50,947 nucleotides of DNA from Bacteroidota bacterium (lineage in GTDB: Bacteria > Bacteroidota > Bacteroidia > NS11-12g > UBA955). The DNA lies in the NCBI GenBank assembly GCA_046301955.1, contig JBKCJE010000055.1, forward strand, positions 1 through 50,947, given 5' to 3'. The position numbers were made by a program, and so were the translations under genes. Of the stretch, positions 10,314-19,261 are shown in pieces. The notes beneath the pieces were generated by a model that saw only the letters and a list, made by a program, of their open reading frames with translations, had not been told where the DNA came from and made no database searches. Numbering within the stretch: position 1 is the first letter of the stretch; every line of letters begins with the position of its first letter.

Positions 10314-10416
10314 CTAAGACAAACGCCGTTTGGGCGTGTCGTTATGGCAGAAATGCTGACAAAAAGTAAGGGTTGAGCTGGGTGATACCCCTTTGGGGCT
10401 GTCGTTTTTGCTGATT

Positions 10417-11415
10417 TTAACGAACGAAATTCAGCGCTTTGGTGAGTTCGTGTTTTTGCAAATACACAATAGAGGCTCCATCGATGGGTACTCCCCAAAC
10501 CTTTGAGGTGGATCTTGAGGCGAACAATCCATATCCACCGGCAATGTTGGTGAATTCTGCTTGTTTCTGTACGATGCCAATACTCGGCTCATTCACAGAA
10601 ATATAATCGACCAGGGTTTGGTTTCCAGCATAAAGGGTAAGCCCTACCCATTTGATGCGGTGTTTGAGATTGGGTGCTGCTGTAATATTTGATTGCAAAA
10701 ATTGTAAAAAGCTCAACCGCGGAACCTGACGCATGGGCGTGGTGTTGTTGCCCACCAAGTAATTGTTTACGACACGCCAAGTCACCATTTTTGATACCTT
10801 GGCATTGGTGTCGGATGTGTTGATTTCTTCATAGTACACATGGAAACGGGCATCGTAAGCAAATGCATTGGGTGCTGCCACATAAGAAATCGTCAAATAT
10901 TCGGGACCCACGCTAAATACGTTGGTTTGGTCAATAAAGGGCGATCTAATTTTGGTGCCGCCCACAGTTTGGGTGGTAGATACCGCCTTCGTTTTGGTTA
11001 ATGGGTTGGTTACCGTGATTTCGTATTCCTCATTGGGGTAGATTTTTTCACGGGTCACCCAAAGAATGTTCTTGTTGTTGGCGAAAATTCCGGAATCCTT
11101 TTTTGGACCTTCCTCTGCGGTGCAGACGATAATCTGTCCGTTCCACACTCGCTTCAATTCCACACGCGTAGAATCCAAATACAAACTGTCGGATATTTTG
11201 GCAGCTTCCAATGCCCCGATGTTTTCATTGAGATAGGCTTTGTTTACTTTGATGTATTGAATGCTGTCTTGTGGATCCAAAAGGCCATAAATTACGATGG
11301 TTTCTTTGTATTCGGCGTTAATGTACACTTCGTTTTCACAGGCAGTAAAAAGGGCCATTAGAATCATGGCGAAAGGGATGAGGCGGTTTCTGTACTGCTG
11401 CAATTGCTGTTTCAT
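10417..11415 (-). CDS. DUF4249-like lipoprotein
   Basis: Lipobox FTA-C, IVIYGLLDPQDSIQYIKVNKA, C-terminal FTNIAGGYGLFAS. Confidence 0.7.
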   Translation of the reverse strand: MKQQLQQYRNRLIPFAMILMALFTACENEVYINAEYKETIVIYGLLDPQDSIQYIKVNKAYLNENIGALEAAKISDSLYLDSTRVELKRVWNGQIIVCTAEEGPKKDSGIFANNKNILWVTREKIYPNEEYEITVTNPLTKTKAVSTTQTVGGTKIRSPFIDQTNVFSVGPEYLTISYVAAPNAFAYDARFHVYYEEINTSDTNAKVSKMVTWRVVNNYLVGNNTTPMRQVPRLSFLQFLQSNITAAPNLKHRIKWVGLTLYAGNQTLVDYISVNEPSIGIVQKQAEFTNIAGGYGLFASRSTSKVWGVPIDGASIVYLQKHELTKALNFVR

Positions 11416-11428
11416 TTGGAAATAATCC

Positions 11429-11436
11429 TATTTTTG
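11429..11436 (+). promoter_or_regulatory. Putative -7 element (TATTTTTG) for panB
   Basis: Exact TAnnTTTG in the divergent intergenic region. Confidence 0.45.
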
Positions 11437-11525
11437 TTTTCGAATTCTTACAAAGATGCTTCATTTGCGGGGAAAATTGGAATTTTTCACGCTGATTTCA
11501 TCGAAACTAAGAGGGGAAAATAGCC

Positions 11526-12344
11526 ATGAGCATACACAAAAAAGAAGAAAAGAAGGTAACCACCCACGTGCTACACGAAATGAAGTCGCGCGGGGAGAAA
11601 ATATCCATGTTAACGGCCTACGATTTCTCGATGGCCCGTGTGGTAGACCAAGCTGGAATTGATGTGATATTGGTTGGCGATAGCGCATCGAATGTGATGG
11701 CGGGACATGAAACGACGTTGCCCATCACCTTGGATCAAATGATTTATCATGCCAGTTCGGTGGTTAGGGGTGTGAATCGTGCCCTTGTTGTGGTGGATTT
11801 ACCATTCGGTAGTTATCAAGGAAACAGCAAAGAAGCCCTTGCCTCAACCATTCGGATCATGAAAGAAAGCGGCGCTCATGCCATAAAAATGGAAGGCGGC
11901 GAGGAGATTTTGGAAAGTATCAAGCGGATTTTGACCGCGGGTGTGCCTGTGATGGGACATTTGGGTCTAACGCCACAGAGTATTTATAAGTTTGGGACCT
12001 ACACAGTAAGGGCAACAGAAGATGCTGAGGCGGAGAAGTTAATTCGCGACAGTAAAATGTTGGAAGAAGCCGGCTGTTTTGCCATCGTATTGGAAAAAAT
12101 TCCAGCCCATTTGGCCAAACGGGTTGCCGAAAATCTCACCATTCCGGTAATTGGCATCGGAGCGGGTAGTGGGGTAGACGGACAAGTACTGGTGGTTCAC
12201 GACATGTTGGGTATCACCAATGAGTTTTCGCCGCGTTTTTTGCGTAGGTATGCCAATCTATACGATTTGATGAAAGGAGCGGTAGAGAACTATATTAGCG
12301 ATGTGAAATCGGTTGATTTTCCGAACAACAAAGAGCAGTATTGA
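11526..12344 (+). CDS. panB: 3-methyl-2-oxobutanoate hydroxymethyltransferase
   Basis: [43 protein letters not shown]. Confidence 0.98.
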   Translation: MSIHKKEEKKVTTHVLHEMKSRGEKISMLTAYDFSMARVVDQAGIDVILVGDSASNVMAGHETTLPITLDQMIYHASSVVRGVNRALVVVDLPFGSYQGNSKEALASTIRIMKESGAHAIKMEGGEEILESIKRILTAGVPVMGHLGLTPQSIYKFGTYTVRATEDAEAEKLIRDSKMLEEAGCFAIVLEKIPAHLAKRVAENLTIPVIGIGAGSGVDGQVLVVHDMLGITNEFSPRFLRRYANLYDLMKGAVENYISDVKSVDFPNNKEQY

Positions 12345-12347
12345 GTT

Positions 12348-12878
12348 ATGCTTGACAGCAATCCACAGGCTCCTATTGCGTTTTACTTGGATGCGATGTC
12401 AGCGGATGATTACACCGCCGTTGCGTTGATTTTTGAGCAAGGCATTGAAGGCGGCAACGCTACCTATGACACCCGAGCGGCGTCATGGGTTGATTGGGAC
12501 CAAAAACATTTGGTGGCGGGACGGTTCGTTGCTCGTGCGCAGCAAGATAACCGGGTTTTGGGATGGGTTGCTTTGAGCCCGATCAGTGCGAGGATTGTCT
12601 TTCGCGGCGTGGCAGAATTGAGTATATACATCGACAACTCAGCCCATGGTATGGGTTTGGGCGATGCGTTGATGGCAAAATGCATCGAAGCGTCTGAGGC
12701 AGCAGGCCTGTGGACCTTACAATCGGGAATATTCCCTGAAAATCAGGCGAGTCTAAGGCTTCACGAAAAGCATGGCTTCCGAGAAGTTGGCTTCCGCGAA
12801 AAGATCGGTCAAATGAGGGATGGTCGCTGGCGCGACATTGTATTTATGGAGCGAAGAAGTAAAATCGTGGGTAATTAA
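12348..12878 (+). CDS. GNAT N-acetyltransferase (phosphinothricin acetyltransferase-like)
   Basis: GVAELSIYI, HGMGLG, WTLQSGIFPENQASLRLHEKHGF, WRDIVFMERR. Confidence 0.88.
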   Translation: MLDSNPQAPIAFYLDAMSADDYTAVALIFEQGIEGGNATYDTRAASWVDWDQKHLVAGRFVARAQQDNRVLGWVALSPISARIVFRGVAELSIYIDNSAHGMGLGDALMAKCIEASEAAGLWTLQSGIFPENQASLRLHEKHGFREVGFREKIGQMRDGRWRDIVFMERRSKIVGN

Positions 12879-12891
12879 AACCCCGAATCAA

Positions 12892-13164
12892 TTACAGATT
12901 TTTCTTTTTCTTGAACGGAGCAATCATGTCCTCCACCTGTGAAATGATCATTTCACATTGCAAGACAATTTCTTTGCCTTTTTCTGTAACGGTGATAGGC
13001 AGCGTGCTGCGATCGAAGATGTTGGTATTCATGCGATCTTCAAAAGTTTTAATTTGTTGACTTACTGTGCTTTGGTCGGCGGCACATTCGTCTGCTGCTT
13101 TTGAGAAACTACCGTGTTTGGCAACTGAAATCACGTACTGCATCTGGCGTAGGGTTACTATCAT
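12892..13164 (-). CDS. Short LysR-family protein (HTH and linker helix only)
   Basis: TLRQMQYVISVAKHGSFSKAA...QSTVSQQIKTFED...IFDR...TEKG; no effector domain, 90 aa. Confidence 0.8.
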   Translation of the reverse strand: MIVTLRQMQYVISVAKHGSFSKAADECAADQSTVSQQIKTFEDRMNTNIFDRSTLPITVTEKGKEIVLQCEMIISQVEDMIAPFKKKKNL

Positions 13165-13243
13165 GATATTTCAACAAAGAAAGTACAAGTAAGTTTAGGT
13201 TTGGTAATAAAATTCTTCAACAAAATTACGGTGTGAATGCGAG

Positions 13244-13278
13244 AAAAAGAAAGGGCCGCCGTGATAAACCGGCCCTTT
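13244..13278 (-). terminator. Intrinsic terminator after fsa
   Basis: AAAGGGCCG...CGGCCCTTT stem with a U-tract on the minus strand. Confidence 0.65.
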
Positions 13279-13300
13279 GTATGAATTGTTTAAATAGGTA

Positions 13301-13957
13301 TTACTTACTGCCCTTGGCATGGTCAGCCAAAAACTGAGCCAGACCGATATCAGTTAAGGGATGTTTCAATAATCCCAAAATGGCGCTAAGCGGGCAAGTT
13401 ACCACATCCGCACCGTGCTGAGCACACTGAACGATGTGTAAAGAGGTACGCACGCTGGCCGCCAAGATTTCCGTATCGTACCCTTGAACTGCGTAGATTT
13501 CTGCAATTTGTTTGATCAGGTCCATGCCTTCCCAGTTTTGGTCATCGATCCGACCCACGAAAGGAGACAAGTAAGTGGCCCCGGCTTTTGCTGCCAAAAT
13601 CGCCTGGCCAGCGCTGAATATGAGTGTGCAATTGGTGCGAATACCGCGATCACTAAAATATTTTATGGCTTTGACCCCGTCTTTGATCATGGGCACTTTC
13701 ACCACGATGTTTGGATGCAATGCCGCCAATTTTTCACCTTCTTTCACCATGCCCTCGAAATCAGTGCTGATTACTTCAGCGCTCACATCGCCATCCACCA
13801 TTTCACAGATGGTTTTATAATGGTTCAAAACGGCTTCTTCAGTGAAAATGCCTTCTTTGGCCATCAAGCTGGGATTGGTGGTAACCCCATCCAAAATGCC
13901 GAGGTCGTTGGCTTCTTTGATTTGTGCCAAATTGGCGGTGTCGATGAAAAACTTCAT
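13301..13957 (-). CDS. fsa: Transaldolase / fructose-6-phosphate aldolase family
   Basis: [40 protein letters not shown]. Confidence 0.95.
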   Translation of the reverse strand: MKFFIDTANLAQIKEANDLGILDGVTTNPSLMAKEGIFTEEAVLNHYKTICEMVDGDVSAEVISTDFEGMVKEGEKLAALHPNIVVKVPMIKDGVKAIKYFSDRGIRTNCTLIFSAGQAILAAKAGATYLSPFVGRIDDQNWEGMDLIKQIAEIYAVQGYDTEILAASVRTSLHIVQCAQHGADVVTCPLSAILGLLKHPLTDIGLAQFLADHAKGSK

Positions 13958-13961
13958 GGCA

Positions 13962-13969
13962 CGAAGTTA
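13962..13969 (-). promoter_or_regulatory. -7 element TAACTTCG, 4 nt before the fsa ATG
   Basis: One mismatch to TAnnTTTG; spacing suggests a leaderless transcript. Confidence 0.55.
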
Positions 13970-14121
13970 GCCACGAATTGGGCATGCTGTTTTTCCATCG
14001 TTCCACATTTTTTGCACCATTTAATGCCATCTTTGGTTTATCTAACGGGCTTATGTGCTATTTTGCGACCTTTTGAAAATCAAACTATTATGGCTTTTGA
14101 GGGTTTGTAGTATAAATTCTG

Positions 14122-15258
14122 TTGCAAAATCATTATCGATATATCATTCAAGGTGCTGGCGCTTCAGGGCTGTGGTTGGCGCATTCCCTGAATGAGGCGG
14201 GATTGTTGGCCTTTGATCAATTGCTGATTGTTGAAGGGGAGGCGAACAAAGTAAACGATCGTACCTGGTGTTTTTGGAGCACGGAAGAAGAGCAGAAATT
14301 TTCATTTATTGATACACGTTGGTCATCGCTCAATATTCAAGGTGAACGACAATCGATTTCTCCTTATCAGTATAGCCATGCGAGGAGTCACGCGTTCTAC
14401 AGCTGGGTGCGCGAATCCTTAGCCAAAAATTCAAACATTCATTGGCTTAACGATTGGGTGGAGGATGTTTCTGATGTTGGTGATGGTGTCAATGTCCAGA
14501 CAAAGAAAGGCCTATATTTTGCCGATTATTTTTTTGGCAGCGGCCAATGGAAAACAAAAGTAAAGGGGAACGATATCACCCTATGGCAGTCTTTTGTGGG
14601 ATGGCGGATTCGATTAATCAATCAAACCTGGGATGCTCAATCGGCTACCCTGATGGACTTTTCCATTCCTCAGTCTGATACAACCCGTTTTTTATATGTC
14701 TTGCCGTTAAGCGAAAGCGAGGGCCTTATTGAGGCAACCCAATTTCATGCCGAACGTCTGCCGAAAGAGGAAGGCGAATTCATTTTACGGCAAATTTGTA
14801 CGCAACGGGGATGGGATATAGAAATCGTTGAAGTGGAGTGCGATGCAATTCCCATGAGTCCATTGTTTAATCAAAACCAATCGCATCATGATTCCAACGC
14901 GAGAATTATCGAAATAGGCATCGCGGCAGGAGCGCTAAAACCCACGACGGGGTATGGTTTTTTAACGATGCGCAACCATGCGAACCAAATCGCCCAGGCA
15001 CTGAAAACGGGCAATGTGCTGCCCAAGATTTACCGAAAGCGGAGATTTCGATTCTATGATGCCCTGTTATTGCAGATGTTGCAAGAAAATCCGCACAGGG
15101 GTAAAGCCATCTTTGAACGATTGTTTCAAAGACAGCCTGCCCAGTTGGTCCTGAAGTTTCTTGATGAAAAAACGTCAATTTGGGAAGAGATTCGCATATT
15201 TTCACAACTCCAAGTTCCTTGGTTTCTTAAAGCCGTAATTCACTATGCAAAACATTGA
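14122..15258 (+). CDS. crtY: Lycopene beta-cyclase (CrtY family)
   Basis: IIQGAGASGL Rossmann motif, NDRTWCFW, QSFVGW, TLMDF, FLYVLP, IGIAAGALKPTTGYGF, RFRFYD. Confidence 0.9.
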   Translation: MQNHYRYIIQGAGASGLWLAHSLNEAGLLAFDQLLIVEGEANKVNDRTWCFWSTEEEQKFSFIDTRWSSLNIQGERQSISPYQYSHARSHAFYSWVRESLAKNSNIHWLNDWVEDVSDVGDGVNVQTKKGLYFADYFFGSGQWKTKVKGNDITLWQSFVGWRIRLINQTWDAQSATLMDFSIPQSDTTRFLYVLPLSESEGLIEATQFHAERLPKEEGEFILRQICTQRGWDIEIVEVECDAIPMSPLFNQNQSHHDSNARIIEIGIAAGALKPTTGYGFLTMRNHANQIAQALKTGNVLPKIYRKRRFRFYDALLLQMLQENPHRGKAIFERLFQRQPAQLVLKFLDEKTSIWEEIRIFSQLQVPWFLKAVIHYAKH

Positions 15259-16147
15259 TGCCAAATTGTTATCGGTCAATCAACGCTTCTTTTGGACGCA
15301 AACGCTGTTGCAAATGGCTTTGATTTTAGTGGCCGCTTTTTTTGGTTCAACCGCTACCTTATTGTCAGTTTTTGCAGTTGTTGCCTTGGTTTTGGTGGGT
15401 GTTCCACACGGCGGGAACGATTTTTATTATCGCCCCAATAAATCGCTTTGGGGGAGTTTGAAATTTCTTCTTTTTTACTTGGGCTGTATGGCGATATATG
15501 CCTTGGTTTGGAAGTGGTTCCCAATGATTGCCCTCGTGGCGTTTTTGGTTATTTCGGTTCATCATTTTGGTCAGTCGAACTTTTTGGCTGAGCGATGGCA
15601 TGCCCCCGAGTCTTTGTTATGGGGATTTTGGTTGTTGTTGTTTCCAATGCTAAAGCACGGTCGCGAAGCGGTGGGTATTTTCGCTGAGATGATGGGTAGT
15701 ACACAACCTCTCCCTCCCAATTGGGGGACTTTTAGTAATCAAACCTGGGCAGTTTTTGTGCTGTCCTTTGGTGTTTTGTATGCGTTCGTTTTGTGGCGCA
15801 GAAAGGTTGTCCATCGCAATCAATTTTTACTACAATGGGCTTTGGTTACACTCTGGTATTGGTTAACGCCATTGGTGTTGGGTTTTGTGGTGGTTTTTTG
15901 CTTGTGGCATTCGGCGCAGTCGATGCGGTATCAGGTACTATACATCAGACATCATAATCCCAAACCTGTGTTGGGCATTCTCAAGGATTTTCTTCCATTG
16001 GGCATTTTGGCGATGTTGGCTTGGGTGGTATCGGCGCAGTTTGATGTGATGCAACACTTGGGTTTAGGCTTTGTGTTGCTTTCGTTGGTTACATTGCCCC
16101 ATGTGGTGGTGATGGATGGAATTTATCGTGCCGATAGCCATCGTTGA
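15245..16147 (+). CDS. blh: Brp/Blh beta-carotene 15,15'-dioxygenase
   Basis: Multi-TM protein with four His motifs GVPHGGND, SVHHFGQ, LWHS, TLPH; overlaps crtY. Confidence 0.93.
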   Translation: MQNIDAKLLSVNQRFFWTQTLLQMALILVAAFFGSTATLLSVFAVVALVLVGVPHGGNDFYYRPNKSLWGSLKFLLFYLGCMAIYALVWKWFPMIALVAFLVISVHHFGQSNFLAERWHAPESLLWGFWLLLFPMLKHGREAVGIFAEMMGSTQPLPPNWGTFSNQTWAVFVLSFGVLYAFVLWRRKVVHRNQFLLQWALVTLWYWLTPLVLGFVVVFCLWHSAQSMRYQVLYIRHHNPKPVLGILKDFLPLGILAMLAWVVSAQFDVMQHLGLGFVLLSLVTLPHVVVMDGIYRADSHR

Positions 16148-16566
16148 TACTGTGGTTTGCGCAGCAGAAACATCAGTGTGATGGGTAGGCAGAGTAGGAG
16201 TGTATACAGCGGGTTTTTTCCTTGGAATTTTACGCGATCAATTATGAGTGTCCCGGCAGCATTTGCCTTCAGTGCATGGGTGTGTTGCCATTTGTACAAG
16301 GGATGGGGTACCGAGATTTCTTCGTCGCGAAACAACCAATCTTTTTCTGTGTAGCGATGCTGGGTGATTTTGCCATGCCATGTTTGGGTGAATTTGCCAA
16401 AGCCAACGGCAAACTGAAGTTCATCGCCCCGAAACTGACCATCGTATTGAATCAATCGCATTGTAACCAACGGGGGTTTGAGTTTGAGCAACAGCGATTG
16501 GTCGAATTGCGACGCTACTGCGTCGCGCTGTGCCGATACTTGGGTGACAAATGTGAATTGCATCAT
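16123..16566 (-). CDS. SRPBCC/ligand-binding domain protein
   Basis: LLLKLKPP, W...IT, FRDE...PHPLYKWQHTH, GTLIIDRVKF; overlaps blh convergently by 25 nt. Confidence 0.7.
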   Translation of the reverse strand: MMQFTFVTQVSAQRDAVASQFDQSLLLKLKPPLVTMRLIQYDGQFRGDELQFAVGFGKFTQTWHGKITQHRYTEKDWLFRDEEISVPHPLYKWQHTHALKANAAGTLIIDRVKFQGKNPLYTLLLCLPITLMFLLRKPQYQRWLSAR

Positions 16567-16633
16567 AGATTTGTAGAATTAACAAACCATTTTCGATTTG
16601 TTTGGTTAAACTATCACTTCTTTAGATAAATAT

Positions 16634-17047
16634 ATGTCGCACCGCGTAGCCGTTTACCGAACCGCCCATTTCAATGCCGCCCATCGTTTGCATGTGCCGA
16701 GTTGGAGTGATGAGCAAAACAAGCAGTTCTTTGGACTCTGCAACAACGCCCATTACCATGGCCACAATTACGATTTGGAGGTTAGGGTAGAGGGTGAAGT
16801 GGATTCGGTGACAGGATATTTGATCGATATGAAGTTGGTAAAGCAGTACATCGACGAGGAAGTGATTGAGCGATTCGATCACAAAAATTTAAATTTAGAT
16901 ACGGAGGAGTTTCGCGAATTGAACCCTACGGCGGAGAACATTGTGTATGTGATTTGGCAAAAGTTGCGTACGAGGGTCCCGATGGAAATGAGTTTGAGTG
17001 TGCGATTGTACGAAACACCCCGTAATTTTGTAGAATTCAATGGATAA
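16634..17047 (+). CDS. 6-pyruvoyl-tetrahydropterin synthase / QueD family
   Basis: [41 protein letters not shown]. Confidence 0.92.
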   Translation: MSHRVAVYRTAHFNAAHRLHVPSWSDEQNKQFFGLCNNAHYHGHNYDLEVRVEGEVDSVTGYLIDMKLVKQYIDEEVIERFDHKNLNLDTEEFRELNPTAENIVYVIWQKLRTRVPMEMSLSVRLYETPRNFVEFNG

Positions 17048-17714
17048 AAAACTAGCGAACGAGCTGCTTAAGCAGTGGGAGGAGATGGGCGATTCGCACA
17101 TTTCTGGGAAGCAAGACACGCCTTTGCGCGAGGATGCTTTTGTGATGGACGATGCCTTGAAGATTGAATTGATTGCCAAGCATTTCAAGGAGATCATGCA
17201 CGTGTTGGGTTTGGATTTAACGGACGAAAGTTTGCAGGGAACGCCTTTGCGAGTTGCGAAGATGTATGTGAACGAGCATTTCAAGGGATTGGATCCTAAG
17301 AATCGTCCTGAACCAACCTTATTTGAGAACAGTTATAAGTATGCCGAAATGTTGGTAGAGAAGAATATTCAATTCCACAGCACTTGCGAGCATCATTTTG
17401 TGCCAATTTACGGATTTGCACATGTGGCCTATATCAGCTCAGGCATGGTGATTGGTTTGAGTATATTGAACAGGATTGTGGATTAATTTGCTCGCCGTCC
17501 GCAGGTTCAGGAGCGCATGACGGTTCAAGTTGCGGAGGAATTGAAGCAGGTTTTGGGAACGCAGGACGTGGCGGTGATCATTGATGCAAAGCACATGTGT
17601 GTGGCTAGCAGGGGGATTAAGGACAGTCACAGCAGTACGGTAACCAGCAGTTTTCACGGCAAGTTTTTGGATGTGGCAACGCGATCTGAGTTGCTGAAAT
17701 ACATTGGTGGCTAA
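17040..17714 (+). pseudogene. folE: GTP cyclohydrolase I interrupted by an in-frame TAA at 17484-17486 (pseudogene or sequence error)
   Basis: [17 protein letters not shown], then GLS(I)LNRIVD*FARRPQVQER and HMCVASRG in the same frame. Confidence 0.85.
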
Positions 17715-17758
17715 TTTTTTACCGCTGTTTTTGCTGAGCGAAGGCGGTGGGATTTGAT

Positions 17759-17796
17759 AAAACAAAAAAGCAGCGAATTCGCTGCTTTTTTGTTTT
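17759..17796. terminator. Bidirectional terminator, perfect 38-bp palindrome
   Basis: AAAACAAAAAAGCAGCGAA|TTCGCTGCTTTTTTGTTTT between folE and the tRNA 3' end. Confidence 0.85.
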
Positions 17797-17800
17797 TGTG

Positions 17801-17875
17801 GGCGACTAACCGGACTCGAACCGGCGACCCCTAGCGCCACAAGCTAGTGCTCTAACCACCTGAGCTATAACCGCC
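17801..17875 (-). tRNA. tRNA-His (GTG)
   Basis: Cloverleaf: G-1, acceptor GCGGTTA/TAGTCGC, D-arm GCTC/GAGC, anticodon arm CTAGC-TTGTGGC-GCTAG, T-loop TTCGAGT, discriminator C; full CCA not encoded. Confidence 0.96.
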
Positions 17876-17888
17876 ATTTATTGGACTG

Positions 17889-17896
17889 CAAAGATA
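17889..17896 (-). promoter_or_regulatory. -7 element TATCTTTG for tRNA-His
   Basis: Exact consensus 13 nt upstream of the tRNA 5' end. Confidence 0.7.
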
Positions 17897-17977
17897 GTTA
17901 TTTTTTGAATATTTTTCAATTTCGACTAGAACCTTTGCAAAAATTGGCAATAATTTGATGCGACGCTTTAGGGTGTG

Positions 17978-17985
17978 TACTTTTG
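17978..17985 (+). promoter_or_regulatory. -7 element TACTTTTG for the GT4-asnB-wzx operon
   Basis: Exact consensus, 4 nt before in-frame GTG 17990. Confidence 0.6.
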
Positions 17986-17989
17986 TTTC

Positions 17990-19261
17990 GTGGGCGATAG
18001 CAAAACGATATGGTGGTTGGCCGGTTGGTTTCCAAGTAGTTTGGATACACAGGCGGGTAATTTCATCGGTCGGCACGCCGAGGCCTTTGCTGAAAATCAG
18101 CGGGTGCAGCCCGCTGATTTTCAGTTCACCGTATTTCATTTTCCGGTATATCGGTGGGGGAAAGATATTAAGCCCAAGAATATTGTTACAATTCCCCATG
18201 TTGAGATTCGCTGCAGGCCCATTGCACAATTGCCTTGGAGAGGTTGGTTGATTAGGGGGATAAATTATTTCTACTATCGATGGGTTGCAATGCGAGAATT
18301 GAAAGCGACTCTATTGTTACAGGGTGTGCCAGATGTGGTGCATGTGCATTCGGCCGACAAAATAGCGCGATTGATTCCGCCATTGTATGAGGTGTTTAGG
18401 AAAGAGGGGAAGGGAGCGGTTCCACTTTGGTATACAGAGCATTGGGCGATATTTAATGAGGTGGTTTCTGATGGGTTTGGCAAACGGGGGTCGATTTTTA
18501 GGCGGGATTATTTTAGGCTTTGGGAAAAAGTGACAGTGTCTGCTCCGGTGAGCTTGGCGTCGCAGCAAAGTATGCAATCGTATTTGGGCGGTGCAAAGCC
18601 TTTTGTGCTGTTTCGGAATGTGGTGGATACCAATGTCTTTCGTCCGAAAGTCGCTGATGTGCCAGAAGATTCCGCAGAAAAGGCCAATTTGCCCTTCGCA
18701 TTTTTGCATGTATCTTCCCTTGAGCCCCGTAAAAATGTCATGGGTATGTTGCGGGCGTTTGCAACATTAAAGCAACAACACCCCGATTGGCGAATGCAGT
18801 TTCGGATCGTGGGTGGTAACAATGAATTGTATTTGAGTCAGGCTAGAACAGCCGCGTTGGGCTTGGGCCTGTTGCATATTTTCCAACCTAGTGTGGCGTT
18901 TTTCGGTCCTAGAGATGCCAATGATGTGGCTTTTCAAATGCAATGTGCGGATGTGTTTGTGTTGTTTTCCGACATGGAAAATGCTCCCTGCGTGATTTCT
19001 GAAGCGCACTGTTGTGGTCTCCCCGTGATATCTTCATCGGTGGCTGGTGTGCCGGAAATGATCCATGAAAGCAATGGACTTTTGGTGCCTGCTACCAATG
19101 AAATTGCCCTTACTTTAGCCATGGAGCAGGCCTATTTGAATCACCAACAATGGAGCCGTGAAAAAATAGCCCAAGAGGCAGCGGCCAAATACAACCCTTC
19201 TGCGGTAGCCGCGGTATTGAATAGATCTTACCAAAATTTGATTGAGCCATGTGTGGAATAG
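17990..19261 (+). CDS. Glycosyltransferase family 4 (GT-B)
   Basis: PDVVHVHS, YTEHW, NVVDTNVF, RKNVMGMLRAF, ENAPCVISEA..CGLPVISS (EX7E); start refined from 17975. Confidence 0.9.
   Translation: MGDSKTIWWLAGWFPSSLDTQAGNFIGRHAEAFAENQRVQPADFQFTVFHFPVYRWGKDIKPKNIVTIPHVEIRCRPIAQLPWRGWLIRGINYFYYRWVAMRELKATLLLQGVPDVVHVHSADKIARLIPPLYEVFRKEGKGAVPLWYTEHWAIFNEVVSDGFGKRGSIFRRDYFRLWEKVTVSAPVSLASQQSMQSYLGGAKPFVLFRNVVDTNVFRPKVADVPEDSAEKANLPFAFLHVSSLEPRKNVMGMLRAFATLKQQHPDWRMQFRIVGGNNELYLSQARTAALGLGLLHIFQPSVAFFGPRDANDVAFQMQCADVFVLFSDMENAPCVISEAHCCGLPVISSSVAGVPEMIHESNGLLVPATNEIALTLAMEQAYLNHQQWSREKIAQEAAAKYNPSAVAAVLNRSYQNLIEPCVE

Noticed and set aside
14090-14110. Micro-ORF MAFEGL matches the start of Bacillus-type Ffh
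   Set aside because: A six-residue match with no further ffh sequence; treated as coincidence.
13484-14110. Long antisense or alternate-frame ORFs (e.g. 13484-14110, 8401-8967, 23400-24023, 31527-32159, 24726-25163)
   Set aside because: They shadow well-supported genes, have no motifs and are explained by codon bias of the real gene.
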